Source: Betaproteobacteria bacterium
Lineage (GTDB): Bacteria > Pseudomonadota > Gammaproteobacteria > Burkholderiales > SG8-41
Reading direction: 5' to 3'
NCBI GenBank assembly: GCA_016868015.1
Contig: VGIF01000003.1
Coordinates: 1 to 55,508, forward strand
Length of the DNA: 55,508 nucleotides
The position numbers were made by a program, and so were the translations under genes. Positions 45,773 through 55,232 of this stretch are shown here, in pieces (position 1 is the stretch's first letter; the number at the start of each line of letters is the position of its first letter). A model generated the notes under the pieces. The model was not told the origin of the DNA and did no database searches. It worked only from the letters and a program-made list of their open reading frames with translations.

Positions 45773-46936
45773 TTACTTCACTCGATACCGCGCCACCTGC
45801 GCCTCATCCACCTCAACCCCACTGCCCGCACCCGTCGGCCGCGCAATCATGCCATCGACGATGCGCATCGGCTGTTTCACAATGTCATCGACAAGATAGT
45901 GATTGGTGATCGACACGCCCCAATTGACGTTGGGCGCGACGCAGCCCAGGTGCGTAATCGTCGCCGCGCCCACGCTGGTCTCCGCCACTTTGCACGCGAG
46001 ATTGATGTTAAGCCCCAGCGCAGCGCACACCGACATCGCATGCACCGTGGCCGATACACCGCCGAGTTTGATGGTTTTAAGATTCGCGCCCTTGATCGAG
46101 CCCGCGCGCGCCATTTGGATGATGATCGCCACGTTCGCCAGCGATTCATCGCCGTTTAACGGGATCGGCGACACCCGCGCGAGTTCCGCCATGCCGTCGT
46201 AATCGTCTTCGCGCAGCGGCTGTTCGAGGAACAGCAAATCGGCTTCACGCGAGCGCTCGACAAAAATGCGTGCATTACGAAAATCCATGCCCATGTTGGC
46301 ATCCGCGCACAACACCACCTCGCGGCCCACCGCCTTTCTGATTTGCAGCGCGGCGTCGGCTTCATCGAAGGCGTTTTTGATGCCGACCTTGAGTTTGAAA
46401 AACTTGTAGCCCTCTTTGATTTTTTTGTGCGTCTCGGCGATGTCATCCTCGATTTTCGGGTTGCCGAGCAAATACATGGCCGTCAATGAATCGCGCAGCG
46501 CGCCGCCGTACAGGTCGGACAGCGATACGTTCAAATGCCGCCCGGCAAGATCGGCAATCGCCGCGTCCAGCGCGCATTTGGCGCCGCCGTTGTGCACCAT
46601 CGCGTGCGTGGCGAGGTGCGCGAGCTCGGCGCGCCTTAACGCATCCTTGCCGGTGACCAGGGGCGCTAGCGTTCCGTTAACCGCCGCCACCATGCCAGGC
46701 AGCGTGTCGCCGGTCATGGTCGGCGCGACCGAGGCCTCGCCCCAGCCCACCAGGCCATTGGCGGCTTCGACGCGCACCAGCAGGTCATACGAGACTTCGA
46801 TACGCACGCCGGCCATATTGACGGGCTTCACCAGCGGAATCGCGATGGGGATCGCGTCCACGCGTTTGATGGTGAGGGGTTTGGCGTCCGTGCCGAGGTT
46901 GCGCGACGCGGATTGTGATGCGGTGTCGGGAACCAT
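45773..46936 (-). CDS. Enolase superfamily, muconate cycloisomerase (MLE) subgroup
   Basis: 'GWGEA', 'FKLKVG', 'DAN', 'LEQP', 'DES', 'NLK..KLGG'. Confidence 0.9.
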   Translation of the reverse strand: MVPDTASQSASRNLGTDAKPLTIKRVDAIPIAIPLVKPVNMAGVRIEVSYDLLVRVEAANGLVGWGEASVAPTMTGDTLPGMVAAVNGTLAPLVTGKDALRRAELAHLATHAMVHNGGAKCALDAAIADLAGRHLNVSLSDLYGGALRDSLTAMYLLGNPKIEDDIAETHKKIKEGYKFFKLKVGIKNAFDEADAALQIRKAVGREVVLCADANMGMDFRNARIFVERSREADLLFLEQPLREDDYDGMAELARVSPIPLNGDESLANVAIIIQMARAGSIKGANLKTIKLGGVSATVHAMSVCAALGLNINLACKVAETSVGAATITHLGCVAPNVNWGVSITNHYLVDDIVKQPMRIVDGMIARPTGAGSGVEVDEAQVARYRVK

Positions 46937-46979
46937 GCGTTTGCTCCGAAATATCTCTTGTTTTGATGCATGCGGCTTT

Positions 46980-47028
46980 CCCTCTCCCCCACCCCCTCTC
47001 CCGCAAGCGGGAGAGGGGCGAGGGAGGG
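46980..47028. repeat. CCCTCTCCC/GGGAGAGGG palindromic repeat
   Basis: CCCTCTCCCCCACCCCCTCTCCCGCAAGCGGGAGAGGGG. Confidence 0.8.
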
Positions 47029-47052
47029 CAGTCGCTTAATAACGAAGCGCGA

Positions 47053-48957
47053 TTATAGCCCGTTGAGCTTCGGCAAAAACCGAATCGCCGTGATCGGCAA
47101 CACCGGTAGCACCACATGCGAAGCCCGCGCGCGATCCACATACACCGTGTTGGTCGCCATCCGCCGCGTGCGCGCGAGGCCTTCGGGCTCGCCGGTATTC
47201 CAGTTGATGTCGTAGCGCGGGAAATTGCTCGACGAGATGTCGAGCCGTATGCGATGCCCCGCTTTGAACACGTTGCAGGTGGCAAACGGCTCGATGGTGA
47301 TTTCATACACCGCGCCCGGCGTCATCATCTCGGGCTTTTCCCAGGAATTGCGATATCGGCAGCGCAAAATGCCGTCGCAAAGATTCAACGCGTAGCCGCG
47401 CGGAAAATCTTCATTCGGCGGATAGACATCGATCAGTTTGGCGGTGAAATCGGTATCGATACAGTTCGACGATACAAAGAGTTTCACCATGATCGGCCCG
47501 GCAATCGCCAAGTCTTCGGCGAGCGGCGGCGTTTGGAACACGTTCACATCCGACCGCGCCGAGAGCGGCATGCCGAAATTTTTGCAGCCGAAAAACTGCG
47601 GCGCTTCGCGTTGATCGTAACCGCCGCCCTCGAACACCGGCTTGCCGGAAGTGAGCGGCCCGCCAATGGTCGGCACCGGATCGGAAGGGTCGTAGTCGTA
47701 GGCAATCGGCGTGGCGTTGGCCGCGGGCGCTTCTTTCGACAACGCGCCATCGGTGTGCAAATAAAACGGTGTGGGTTGCAGCGCCGGCAGCGGCCAATCG
47801 TCACCCACGATCCAGCACCCGCCATGATCCATGCGCCCCGAGGCGATCTTGCGCCCGCTGCCGCCGCCCATTAAAAACAAACGCACGGTGGGTTCTTTTT
47901 CGACGCCGTTGGCCACGCCGCGCACCCAGTGGTCGAACCAGCGCTTGCGCAGATCGATCCAGTTTTGCGCGAGATTGCCGTCGATGGTGCTGGCCGCGCC
48001 GAAATCGACATCGCCCGACCACGACTTCGAGCGGTCGCCATGGGTCCACGGCCCCATGATCAGGCGCACCGGCCCGCGTTTGCGTTTTTTGAGTCCGATG
48101 TAGTTGTCGGTCGCGGTGCGCACGTACGCGTCGTACCAACTGGACATGTGGATTTGCGGCACGTCAGCGTATTGCTCGTACCAGCCTTCGGTGTAAATGC
48201 CCAGTTGCTTCCAGTAATCGGAAAACTCGCCGTGCGTCCATTGCTCGAATAAATAATCCTCGTACTCCGGCGCCCAGGTCACCGGCGAGTGGCCTTTTTT
48301 CCACGGCATGTGTTTAAACCACTCGATCAAATCTTCCGCCGCCAACGCCTCGCGCACGCGCGCGTCGGTTTTGGCCAGCGGGCTTTCCTTCGCCTGGTTA
48401 AACGCCCACGTCACCTGCTTCATTTCAAACGCGCCGCCGCTGCGGATCGCGGACAGCCACGCGTTGGAAAAGCCGCCGCAATCCACCACCATCGCGGCCA
48501 GCGACTTGGGCGCGAGGCACGCCAGCGCCACTTGCGTGTGCGCCGCGTACGACAAACCGATGGTGCAAACCTTGCCGTTACACCACGGCTGCTGTTCGAT
48601 CCACTGCACCGTGTCGTAGCCGTCTTCGCCGTCGCTCAAATATTTGACGAATTCGCCCTCGGAGCCGTGGCGGCCGCGGCAATCCTGATACACCACGATG
48701 TAACCGTCACGCACGAAGCGCGCCGCGACTTCGGCACGCGGGCGAGGTTTGCTTTCGCCGCGATCGACTTCCGAGCGCGAGGCGTTGTGTTTGCCGTAGG
48801 GCGTGCGCTCGAGGATCACCGGGAATTTGCCCTCGAGCGCCTGGCCGTTGCGCGCGGGGCGATAAATATCGGTGGCGAGTTTGACGCCGTCGCGCGCGGC
48901 GATCATCACGTTGCGTTCGACGGTGACGTCGTAGGTTTCGGTTGGGGGGTTGGGCAT
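47053..48957 (-). CDS. CocE/NonD family hydrolase (peptidase S15)
   Basis: 'RDGV.LATDIYRP', 'RTPY', 'QD.RGR..SEG', 'GLSY', 'WYD', 'GPWTH', 'GHRIRLDISSSNFP'. Confidence 0.93.
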   Translation of the reverse strand: MPNPPTETYDVTVERNVMIAARDGVKLATDIYRPARNGQALEGKFPVILERTPYGKHNASRSEVDRGESKPRPRAEVAARFVRDGYIVVYQDCRGRHGSEGEFVKYLSDGEDGYDTVQWIEQQPWCNGKVCTIGLSYAAHTQVALACLAPKSLAAMVVDCGGFSNAWLSAIRSGGAFEMKQVTWAFNQAKESPLAKTDARVREALAAEDLIEWFKHMPWKKGHSPVTWAPEYEDYLFEQWTHGEFSDYWKQLGIYTEGWYEQYADVPQIHMSSWYDAYVRTATDNYIGLKKRKRGPVRLIMGPWTHGDRSKSWSGDVDFGAASTIDGNLAQNWIDLRKRWFDHWVRGVANGVEKEPTVRLFLMGGGSGRKIASGRMDHGGCWIVGDDWPLPALQPTPFYLHTDGALSKEAPAANATPIAYDYDPSDPVPTIGGPLTSGKPVFEGGGYDQREAPQFFGCKNFGMPLSARSDVNVFQTPPLAEDLAIAGPIMVKLFVSSNCIDTDFTAKLIDVYPPNEDFPRGYALNLCDGILRCRYRNSWEKPEMMTPGAVYEITIEPFATCNVFKAGHRIRLDISSSNFPRYDINWNTGEPEGLARTRRMATNTVYVDRARASHVVLPVLPITAIRFLPKLNGL

Positions 48958-49046
48958 GGTGGTGTTCTTATTGAGGCGAGCGAATATTTTACCGCTACGC
49001 CGTTACCGCCTCACGCACAAGAGCGTCTCACAAAACAAATAATCGC

Positions 49047-49071
49047 CCTTCGACAAGCTCAGGGCGAACGG
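49047..49071 (-). repeat. REP half CCTTCGACAAGCTCAGGGCGAACGG
   Basis: Exact reverse complement of 45731-45755. Confidence 0.88.
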
Positions 49072-49102
49072 TGGTTCTAATGACGTGCACGATAACGCTA
49101 CG

Positions 49103-49981
49103 CTACTTGAACCGCACATTAATCTGCGGCTCCCCCGGCAGCCCCACGTAGCGCACATTGAGCCGCATTTCGCTATACGGCGCAATCGGCATCGAATACG
49201 CGCCGAGCGAGAGCTTGTCGCCCACGCGCAGCCGCCCGCCGCTGTTGCGGATATCTTCCACCAGCCACAACACTGCGTTTAACGGATGCCCCAAAATCGC
49301 CGCGCCGTCGGCATTCGCCAACTCGTTGCCCTTTTCGTCAGTGGTGATCACGCGCATGTCGCGCAGCGCATCGGCGAAGCGCTGCGTCGGTTCCACCAAA
49401 ATGCCTTGGCCGAACACGCCGCCGCGCGCGCCGGCGTTGATCGCGGTGATCACCGCGGCATTGAGCGGCTCACCCTCGGCCACCACCAGATCGGCCAACT
49501 CGATAAACGGCATCACGCGCGACAAACCGCGCAGCGCTTGCAATGGCGTGCGCGCATCGTTGATCGATTCATCGCCCACTTCCACCAACAGGTCAGCCTC
49601 CACCACCGGGCGCGCGCCGAATTTCACTGCCACCGGCATGGCGCTTTCCACCACCAGCATGCGCGTTAACAACGTGCCGCGCAGCGGGCCGCTCGCGCCG
49701 AACTTTTTTTGCAGCGCCGGGTTGCTCAACGCCACTTTGTAGCCCGCCACCGGCCCCAAGCTTACCCGCAGCGCGCCCACCAAACGCTCGCGCACGCACG
49801 CGGCAGCTTTAATGCTCAGCGCGGGCGGCAATCCACTAAATGGCTGTTTGTCGCGCCATGCCCGCGCAAGCGTGGCGCTGGGATCGGGCTCGGGGCACTG
49901 CGCGGCCGCGGCCGGAATCAGCACGAACACGCCAAATACCAACGCGATCAACCGCCTAAACGAGCAACATCGTTCTGTCAT
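49103..49981 (-). CDS. 2-keto-4-pentenoate hydratase-like (FAH superfamily) with apparent signal peptide
   Basis: 'GYKVALSN...Q..FG...P..G.L', 'EADL', 'PFIEL.D', 'LGHPLNAV.WL'; GAGG SD. Confidence 0.82.
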   Translation of the reverse strand: MTERCCSFRRLIALVFGVFVLIPAAAAQCPEPDPSATLARAWRDKQPFSGLPPALSIKAAACVRERLVGALRVSLGPVAGYKVALSNPALQKKFGASGPLRGTLLTRMLVVESAMPVAVKFGARPVVEADLLVEVGDESINDARTPLQALRGLSRVMPFIELADLVVAEGEPLNAAVITAINAGARGGVFGQGILVEPTQRFADALRDMRVITTDEKGNELANADGAAILGHPLNAVLWLVEDIRNSGGRLRVGDKLSLGAYSMPIAPYSEMRLNVRYVGLPGEPQINVRFK

Positions 49982-49994
49982 GACCAACCTCTAG

Positions 49995-50155
49995 CAGCCT
50001 GTCGGACTTAACTTGTCGAAGCGAAAAATGAGAGGTGCGAGGACAGATTTTCACGGTTTTCAAGCGAATAGTTCGTACTATTTGCGCAGGAAACCGGGGA
50101 AATATGGACCGCATCCGCTCATTTTGCAGCCGGCAGGGTTAAGCCCTACAGGCTG
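49995..50155. mobile_element. 161-bp hairpin-forming MITE
   Basis: TIR CAGCCTGTCGGACTTAAC / GTTAAGCCCTACAGGCTG (2 mismatches in 18), flanked by CTAG and CCAG; interior is a long imperfect palindrome. Confidence 0.78.
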
Positions 50156-50236
50156 CCAGGCGTAAAATGCCGCGCGGTGCTTGTCGGCGCACGGCGCGCC
50201 TTGCGCGTTACACCGTTAGCCTTGCCGCACTATAAA

Positions 50237-50263
50237 AAATTTCCCTTTAAAATCAAATATTTA
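50237..50263 (+). repeat. 27-bp motif copy 14, 2 bp before an ATG
   Basis: AAATTTCCCTTTAAAATCAAATATTTA. Confidence 0.72.
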
Positions 50264-50265
50264 AG

Positions 50266-52318
50266 ATGATAATTCTGTACGCGCTTACGATTTTCGCCAG
50301 CGCCTTTTTGCTGTTCCTGGTGCAGCCGATCATGGCCAAGCAAATTTTGCCGTGGTTCGGCGGCTCCGCCGCGGTGTGGAGCACGTGCCTGGTGTTTTTC
50401 CAGTTTTTGCTGCTCTTCGGCTACGCCTACACCGATTTCACCACGCGCCGGATGAAGCCGCGCGCGCAACTCATTTTGCACGCCACGTTGCTCATTGTGA
50501 GCCTCGCCTGGCTGCCCATCATACCCGATGCGTCGTGGAAGCCCGCGGGCGATGAAGACCCTACTTACCGCATTCTCGGCCTGCTGGTGTTCACCATCGG
50601 GCTGCCGTATTTTTTGCTTTCCACCACCGGGCCGCTGGTGCAGGCGTGGTTTGCGCGCGCGCATTTCACCGATAAGGTGTACCGCTTGTTCGCGTTGTCG
50701 AACTTCGCCTCGCTGCTGGCGCTGATTTCGTATCCCGTTCGCGGTCGAGCCGTGGGTGACCACGCGCGTGCAGTCGTTCGGCTGGAGCGCGGGTTACGCG
50801 TTTTTCGTGCTGGTGTGTATCACCGCGGGCATCTACAGCCTTCGCACGCACACCGCGGCGCAAGCCAATCCGGTGGCGATACCCAGCGCCAACGACGGCC
50901 CGCGGCCCGCCTTCGCGCATTATTTTTTGTGGCTGCTGCTCTCCGCCATGGGCTCGTTCATGCTGCTGGCGGTCACCAATCACATCACGCACGATGTCGC
51001 CTCGGTGCCGTTTTTGTGGCTGCTGCCGCTGACGATTTATTTGATCACCTTCATCCTGTGTTTCGAGGGCCGCGGCTGGTATAAGCGCGCCTACTTTATC
51101 GGCCCGCTGATCGTGGTGGTATGCGCGCTGGCGTGGTTTTTGCACGAGGAAGACGGCATCATGGAATTCAAAGTCGCGGTGCCGCTGTTTAGCGCCGGGC
51201 TATTCGTGATGTGCATGTTCTTTCACGGCGAGCTGGCGGCGATGAAGCCCAATCCGCGTTACCTCACCACGTTTTACCTGATGGTGTCGCTGGGCGGCGC
51301 GTTGGGCGGCGTGGTGGTCGGCTTTATCGCGCCCAAGTTCTTCAACACCTATTACGAGTTCGGCATCGGCCTGGTGATCACGCTGCTCATCGCCGCGTGG
51401 CTCACCATCGGCCCCACCACACTGCAGCGCCTGGCGCCGATGGCGCTGCTGATGGCCGCGGGCTTCACCGGCTTTCACATCTATTACTACATCAATTCGC
51501 TGTCGAACAACGCGCATGTGATGACACGCAATTTTTACGGCACGCTGCGCGTGAAAGACTCCGGCCCCGAAACCAGCGAAACCGCGATGCGCCGCCTAAT
51601 GCACGGCGTGATCATGCACGGCGAGCAGTATTTGCACCAGGACAAACGCAATCGCATCACCAGTTATTACACCGAATCGAGCGGTGTCGGCATGGCGATC
51701 AAGTATTTTCAAGCGCATAACGGCGCGGGCCCGGTGCGCCTGGGCGTCGTCGGCCTGGGGGCGGGCACCATGGCCGCTTACGGGCGCAACGGCGATGTGA
51801 TCCGCTTTTATGAAATTAATCCGCAGGTGATCGACATCGCGCGGCAGGATTTTAAGTACATCGCCGACGCGCAGCGCATCGGCGTGACCGTCGCCACCGA
51901 GCTTGGCGATGCGCGCCTGACGCTGGAGCGCGAAGCGCCGCAGCGCTACCACGTGCTCGCCATCGATGCGTTTTCCAGCGATGCGATTCCGGTGCACTTG
52001 ATCACGCGCGAAGCAATGGGCATATACCTCAAACACATCGCGGAGGATGGCGTGATAGCGTTTCACGTCACCAACCGCTTTCTGAAACTCGCGCCGGTGG
52101 TCAAACAAATCGCCGACACCTACGGGCTGCACAGCGCGTTGATCACGGACGACGAAGGCGAGGGTGACGCTTCGCGCACCGATTGGGTGCTGGTCACCAA
52201 GAACAAACGGTTCCTCGAGCACCCGGTAATCGAAAACAACACGAGCGCGATTAACGAGATTCCCCGCTTGCGTTTGTGGACCGATGACTTCAACAATCTG
52301 CTGCGGATTTTGAAGTAG
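50266..52318 (+). pseudogene. Fused MFS-like / spermidine-synthase-like membrane methyltransferase, frameshifted near 50735
   Basis: N-part 'SAFLLFLVQP...LPWFGGSAAVW' continues in another frame as 'FAVEPW...'; C-part 'RNFYG', 'HG..MHG.Q', 'GLGAG', 'EINP', 'GDAR', 'DAFSSD.IP.HL', 'WTDD'; one extra C in TATCCCGTTC. Confidence 0.85.
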
Positions 52319-52360
52319 GCGCGCGCATCCGCGTGTGTGGCGCACGCGTAACCGCAAGCG

Positions 52361-52480
52361 ACCGTCGTTCCAGCGCAAGCTGGAACCCAGGTTGTAAACT
52401 ACGCCGAAGGCGCAAGAATGCGGTGCTGCGCACCACGAATTTACCACCTGGATCCCAGCTTGCGCTGGGATGACGACGGT
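52361..52480. repeat. CGTC-type REP doublet
   Basis: ACCGTCGTTCCAGCGCAAGCTGGAACCCAGG ... CCTGGATCCCAGCTTGCGCTGGGATGACGACGGT. Confidence 0.85.
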
Positions 52481-52502
52481 GGCGCCGATCTCATTGCCGC
52501 AC

Positions 52503-52529
52503 AATTTTTTGAATAAAATCAAATACTTA
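52503..52529 (+). repeat. 27-bp motif copy 15; last A is the A of the protease ATG
   Basis: AATTTTTTGAATAAAATCAAATACTTA followed by TG. Confidence 0.85.
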
Positions 52530-53881
52530 TGATGAAACGCTTTTTACTTCAACTATTCGGGTTAGTTACCGCGGTCACAGCGCTAATACATCACACCCAC
52601 GCCGCCGAAATCCGCGGCATGCCCACGCTGGCGCCGCTGGTCAACGAGGTCACCCCCGCGGTGGTCAATATCTCGGTGGTCACGCGCTCGCCGATGGAAA
52701 ACAACCCGCTGTTTCGCGATCCGTTTTTCCGGCGCTTTTTTGGCATCCCCGAGCAACAACAGCGCGAACAAGCCGCGGGCTCCGGCGTCATCGTTGACGC
52801 AGCGCAAGGCTTGGTGCTCACCAACAACCACGTGATCAAGGATGCCGAGCGCGCCATCGTCACGTTAAAAGACCGGCGGCAATTTAACGCCAAACTGGTC
52901 GGCACCGACCCCGGCACCGACATCGCGGTGCTTAAAATAGAAGCCGCGGGTTTGACCGCGTTAAAACTCGGCGACTCCGACAGCCTGCAAGTAGGGGACT
53001 ATGTGCTCGCCATCGGCAACCCGTTCGGCATCGGGCAAACGGTGACCTCCGGCATCATCAGCGCGCTGGGCAGAAGCGGGCTTAACATCGAAGGCTATGA
53101 AGATTTCATCCAGACCGACGCCTCGATCAACCCCGGCAACTCCGGCGGCGCGCTGGTCAATCTGCGCGGCGAGTTGATCGGCATCAACACCGCGATCATC
53201 GGCCCCGCCGGCGGCAACGTCGGCATCGGCTTTGCCGTGCCCGCCAACATGGCGCGCGCGGTGATGATCCAGATCGTCAAATTCGGCGAAGTGCGCCGCG
53301 GCCGGCTCGGCATCGAGATGGCCGACCTTACGCAGGCGTTGGCTCAGAAGCTCGGCGTGAAAACGCTAGACGGCGTGATCATGGCGGTGGTGCAGCCGGG
53401 CTCCCCCGCGGACAAAGCCGGCTTGCGCGAAGGCGACGTCGTCATCGCCATGAACGGCCGCGCGGTGCGCAACGCGGCGGAACTGCGCGCGCGCCTGGGG
53501 TTAACCCCGATCGGCGAAGAGGTCGAACTACGCGTCATTCGCGGCGGCGCCCAACGCGGCGTCAAGGCGCGCATCGCCGCGCCCGAAACCACCGGCGGCG
53601 AAGGCACCGCCATCGCGCAACTGCCGGGCATGCGCGTGATCGAAATTCAGCGCGGCAGCCCGTTATTCAAACGCCTGCAAGGCGGCGGCCTGGTCGTATC
53701 CGCAGTCGATCAAACCAGCGCCGCGTGGACAGCAGGCTTCAGGCCCGGCGACATCATCTACGCCGTCAATCGCCGGCGCGTGCAAAGCGCGGCGGAACTG
53801 CAAAAATCGCTAAGCGGCGCGCAATCGTATGCCATCGCGTTGATACGCGGGGATTTTAGCTTGACGATCATGTTGCGGTAG
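52529..53881 (+). CDS. Do/DegQ-family periplasmic serine endoprotease
   Basis: Signal peptide; triad 'TNNHV', 'TDIAV', 'GNSGG'; two PDZ domains. Confidence 0.95.
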   Translation: MMKRFLLQLFGLVTAVTALIHHTHAAEIRGMPTLAPLVNEVTPAVVNISVVTRSPMENNPLFRDPFFRRFFGIPEQQQREQAAGSGVIVDAAQGLVLTNNHVIKDAERAIVTLKDRRQFNAKLVGTDPGTDIAVLKIEAAGLTALKLGDSDSLQVGDYVLAIGNPFGIGQTVTSGIISALGRSGLNIEGYEDFIQTDASINPGNSGGALVNLRGELIGINTAIIGPAGGNVGIGFAVPANMARAVMIQIVKFGEVRRGRLGIEMADLTQALAQKLGVKTLDGVIMAVVQPGSPADKAGLREGDVVIAMNGRAVRNAAELRARLGLTPIGEEVELRVIRGGAQRGVKARIAAPETTGGEGTAIAQLPGMRVIEIQRGSPLFKRLQGGGLVVSAVDQTSAAWTAGFRPGDIIYAVNRRRVQSAAELQKSLSGAQSYAIALIRGDFSLTIMLR

Positions 53882-54050
53882 TGCGCGAGGCATACGCTGC
53901 GTTTCGGTAGCGTTTCAATAGCGGTTGGGCAGAGGATTTCGTGCAACACACACGCGCAGAATGCCCCTCGAGCGTCAGCATCGTTTTCTGACTGGCAGGG
54001 GGCTGAGGTCGCCGCTAAACCGAAGTTCGCGAATCCAGAAAGTGGCGATT

Positions 54051-54123
54051 CGTAGCCCGCAAGGAGCGCGGCGTATTGCGGGAACACAGGTCCCGTATTT
54101 CGCTGCGCTGCATACGGGCTACG
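54051..54123. repeat. GTAG-type REP doublet
   Basis: CGTAGCCCG...GCGGGA / TCCCGT...CGGGCTACG. Confidence 0.8.
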
Positions 54124-54156
54124 CTGGCTCACGAATCAAGTGTTAACAGGCCCTAG

Positions 54157-54227
54157 TCAATCCGCCCAACCATTACCAACGCGCGGATCAATCCGCCCAA
54201 CTGTTACCAACGCGCGGATCAATCCGC
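54157..54227. repeat. 31-bp tandem duplication x2 plus partial copy; includes the Bug gene 3' end
   Basis: TCAATCCGCCCAACCATTACCAACGCGCGGA / TCAATCCGCCCAACTGTTACCAACGCGCGGA / TCAATCCGC. Confidence 0.85.
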
Positions 54228-55193
54228 GCGTATGCCCGTCTCCTTAATCAGCTTGGCCATGCGCTCGATTTCCGACTGGATCAGCGCCGCGAGTTCCGCC
54301 GGCGTGCTGGGCGTGACATCGATACCCAGATCGGTGAAACGCTCTTTCACATCCGGCAGTTGCAGCAGGCGGCGCAGCTCGCCCGCCAGTGTGTTGACGA
54401 TGGGCGCCGGCACGGCGGCATTGGTGAGCATGCCCCACCACGAGTCGAACACGTAACCTGGCACCCCCGCCTCGGCCATGGTCGGCAGCTTGGGCGCCAT
54501 CGGCGTGCGCGCGGCGCCGGTGACGGCGAGCGCGCGCAAGCGGCCGGTTTTCATGTGCGCGATCGCCACCGGCATGCTCGCGAACACCAGTTGAAGCTGC
54601 CCCGCGATCAGATCGGTGACCGACTGCCCGGTGCCCTTGTACGGCACATGCGTGATATTCACCTTGGCCAGCAGGCGAAACATCTCGCCGCTCAAGTGCG
54701 CGGGCGTACCACTGCCGCCGGAGCCGTAATTTAGCTCGCCGGGGCGCGCCTGCGCGAGCTTGATCAACTCGCGCACATTGGTCACCGGCACCGACGGATG
54801 CACCACCAGCGCCACCGGGCCAACCGCGATCTTGCCGATGGGCGCAAAATCCTTGACCAAGTCATAACCCGGATTACGGTAGAGCGCGCGATTGATGGTC
54901 GTCGTCACGCTCGCAACCACCATGGTGTAACCATCCGGCGCGACGCGTGCCGCGGCCGTCATGCCCAGATTGCTCGCCGCACCGGGGCGGTTATCGACCA
55001 GCACTGTCTGCGAGAGCCCTTCCGACATTCTTTCCGCCAAAATGCGTGCAATCAAATCGCTCGAACCGCCCGGCGGAAACGGCGCGATCATACGCACCGG
55101 CTTCACCGGAAAATTTTGTGCGTATAACGGCGCCCCACACGCCAACAACACAGCGCACAACAGCGCGCCGCCACAGCATTTGCACTCACTCAC
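54219..55193 (-). CDS. Bug/TctC receptor
   Basis: 'FPVKPVR...FPPGG..D', 'DNRPGA', 'PDGYT', 'HVPYKG'; AGGAGG SD with GTG start. Confidence 0.92.
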   Translation of the reverse strand: MSECKCCGGALLCAVLLACGAPLYAQNFPVKPVRMIAPFPPGGSSDLIARILAERMSEGLSQTVLVDNRPGAASNLGMTAAARVAPDGYTMVVASVTTTINRALYRNPGYDLVKDFAPIGKIAVGPVALVVHPSVPVTNVRELIKLAQARPGELNYGSGGSGTPAHLSGEMFRLLAKVNITHVPYKGTGQSVTDLIAGQLQLVFASMPVAIAHMKTGRLRALAVTGAARTPMAPKLPTMAEAGVPGYVFDSWWGMLTNAAVPAPIVNTLAGELRRLLQLPDVKERFTDLGIDVTPSTPAELAALIQSEIERMAKLIKETGIRAD

Positions 55194-55232
55194 GATGCCC
55201 CTCCTGATTTTTATGGCCTTACCAGCCTTAAC

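Noticed and set aside
54157-54227. 31-bp repeats as a mini-CRISPR
   Set aside because: Directly tandem with no spacers and no cas genes.
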